Assembly (NCBI RefSeq): GCF_964355755.1
Contig: NC_092679.1
Span: forward strand, 13,871,432 to 13,935,431
Reading direction: 5' to 3'
From: Antedon mediterranea
Lineage: Eukaryota > Animalia > Echinodermata
DNA length: 64,000 bases
Positions 61,748 through 64,000 of this stretch are shown in pieces (the first letter of the stretch is position 1; each line of letters opens with the position of its first letter). Made by a program: the position numbers and the translations under genes. The notes under the pieces are model-generated. The model did no database searches. It was not told where the DNA came from and was given only the letters and a program-made list of their open reading frames with translations.

Positions 61748-64000
61748 ATGATGGCAGACGAGAGCGAAGAAGTACTTCTGATGTATTTGTTATTAAGAAG
61801 ACAAAAACGTCGACAAAAAAGACGTAGATTGTGGGTACACCCAATCAATGAATCTAGGCCAATGTATGGGGAATTCCATACATTGTTCAGAGAATTGTCT
61901 TCTCATGAAGACAAATTTTATGAATACTTCAGAATGTCAGAGCAACAGTTCTATACTATTTTAGACTTGGTACGAGGTAAAATACAAAAGGAAGACACCT
62001 TCTTTAGAAAGAGTGTAAGTGCAAAGGAAAGGCTAGCAATATGTCTTAGGTAAGTATATAATTCTTAAATATAATAAATTAATTGAGCACTAATCATAAT
62101 TAGTTAGTACTACAGGCCCCTAGCTAGAGCAGGCCTCTCTAGCGTCTAGGGTACAGTAGTACCTACTTTAGTAACAGCCTAGGCCTAGTAGTAGCAGTAG
62201 GCCTAATAGTAGTACTACTACTACAAGACTAGGGTGAGTTACTGTACAACTAATTATTATAGACCTAGGCCTAGACTACTACTGATCAGTAACCCCACAT
62301 TTTCGGCATTAATATTGCTGTGAGATTATTTTGTTATTTTTTTTAAAAAATGAAATAAAAGTTAAGTAATAAATACTCAAACAAAGGAGACTCAACACTG
62401 GTTAATTCAAAATTAAAAAACGGTTATTTTAATTGCCTTCTTTGAAGTATTGCCAGCTAAATTAAAATATTTAAAATACTGCAATTTTAAAGATATTGTG
62501 TCATCCCGGAAAAATACAAGTTAATTTATTTTTCTCGTCAATGTTGTTAATGTACAAAAACAACATTTTTCAACAACCCGAAAGTGTTGTGGAACAATAA
62601 TAATAATCAATTTATATACAATTATTTTTATAAAATAAAGTAAAATTTAACAATAAAATTCAAAACCTAAAACAAATACTCTATCTCAGCCTCATGAACC
62701 AATTTGTGAATTTTAAATCGGATGTCAGCCCTGGCCCTTTCAGGCAGTTTTCTTAAAATTTCAGCCATTGACAAAAAAAAACAATGAATGTCATCCTTCT
62801 TGTTTTCTTTCTGATCTTCCAGATACTTCAAAATTGATTTGTCAATGTCAACACTGTCACTGTCATCTGGTAACTTTCTTTTTTTTGGTGTGGGTTTTTG
62901 TGTTGATGTGTGTGGCAAGTCTGGAATGTCCTCATCACTAATAATAATATTGCTTTTACTTAATTGTTCACTCGGACTATTGAGGTTACTTGAAGTCCTG
63001 AAATGAAAAACAATTGTTAATGGTCTACAGACTTATATTACCTTTGATGTGATATATACATTTGAACCACAGGCAAAATGTTCATTTGTTTAGTAAATAT
63101 ATTATGTTGTTTACTATTTATACAGAATTGAATTAATTATTATTATTAGATTTTACTTACTCTCTGTGTTGGATAAATGGTTTTAAAAAGGACAAGATGT
63201 CTTCGAATTTGTACTTTTTTATGTACTTTTTGGCATCTCCACTTTTAGATGCAGCTTTTCGTTTACTGCTGCTGTAAGCATCCCTGATGTTGGCCCATTT
63301 CTTGCGTGCCAAGTCTCCTTTAAATATAAAAAAAAGTGTAGTTTTAAAATAAACATTGAAAATATAAATATCATGTAAACAGCTACTGTAGTACAACTAA
63401 TTAATAGTTACAATAAACATTATTTATCTTTTTTTTTTTGTGTTGAAACGTTATACAAATCAACTGTCAACACATTGCATACTGCACATTACATTTTAAA
63501 GTCAAGTAATAAATTAAAACCATTTATCTTTTTTTTTACAGATACTTGGCTACTGGAGACTCGTACAAAACTATTTCTTTTAGTTACAGAGTCGGAAAAT
63601 CAACCATTGTCAACATTGTGCCTGAGGTGTGTGATGCTATTTGGCAATGCATGCACCCTCAATATATGCCTGTTCCAACAGAAAATGAATGGAAAGAAGT
63701 AGCAGCTGCATTCGAAACAAGGTGGCAGTTCCCAAACTGTGTTGGGGCAATAGATGGGAAACATGTTGTTATTCAAGCCCCACCAAATACAGGATCAACC
63801 TTCTTCAATTACAAAGGTACTTTTTCTGTAGTACTGATGGCTCTGGTAGATGCCATGTACCGTTTCATACTGATTGATGTTGGAGCATATGGTTCCCAAA
63901 GTGACGCTGGAATATTTGCAAAAAGTGCAATGGGCAAAGCGATACAAGCCCATCAATTGGCTTTTCCAGCTGATAAAGCATTGCCAAATGCACCAGAGCT
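61748..64000 (+). CDS. Harbinger/HARBI1-like DDE transposase (exon 1 61748-62049, exon 2 63542 to >64000)
   Basis: WVHP, YFRMS..F, ERLAICLR|YLATGDSY, FPNCVGAIDGKH, FFNYKG.FS.VL, DVGAYG..SDAG. GT-AG intron 62050-63541; no stops seen in the spliced frame. Confidence 0.93.
62667..63317 (-). CDS. MADF/Myb-like + BESS protein of the Harbinger (exons 63161-63317 and 62667-62997; 5' exon outside the window)
   Basis: KKWANIRDAY (MADF helix 3), YKF...LSFL, NLS PKKRK and BESS-like DD..FFLSMAEILRKLP...IRFKI; phase-consistent splice sites. Confidence 0.88.

Larger units (their letters stand above)
61581..64000 (+). mobile_element. PIF/Harbinger transposon, possibly autonomous (runs off the right edge)
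   Basis: TTA-AGGCCCGGTCACAC left TIR; transposase and MADF-BESS genes. Confidence 0.9.

Overview
AT-rich, intron-rich eukaryotic DNA. It is probably from a marine invertebrate, but the taxon cannot be fixed from the sequence. Host genes: (1) a minus-strand secreted or membrane leucine-rich-repeat gene (signal peptide + LRRNT exon at ~29.3-29.5 kb, then 11 candidate phase-2 exons down to 9.2 kb, continuing off the left edge); (2) a small minus-strand gene for a basic low-complexity protein (39.8-40.6 kb) with a duplicated candidate first exon; (3) possibly a two-exon TM-protein fragment at ~37 kb. Most of the rest is transposon-derived: several LINEs (L2-like, Crack/Daphne-like, Rex1/Babar-like), a DIRS/Ngaro-like tyrosine-recombinase retroelement split by a hAT derivative, two AcademX-like elements rebuilt as fold-back palindromes of their own 3' ends, Helitrons and DINE/HINE-like repeats, Harbinger MITEs, and an apparently intact Harbinger with interleaved transposase and MADF-BESS genes. 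The most notable signals are a 278-nt tandem unit carrying type I hammerhead ribozyme motifs (retrozyme-like), the two double-3'-end Academ palindromes, and recurrent TA>TAGGCCTA and TA>TACAGTA micro-insertions that look like excision footprints. All calls were made by eye, without database searches. Transposon boundaries are approximate unless a TSD or terminus is quoted.
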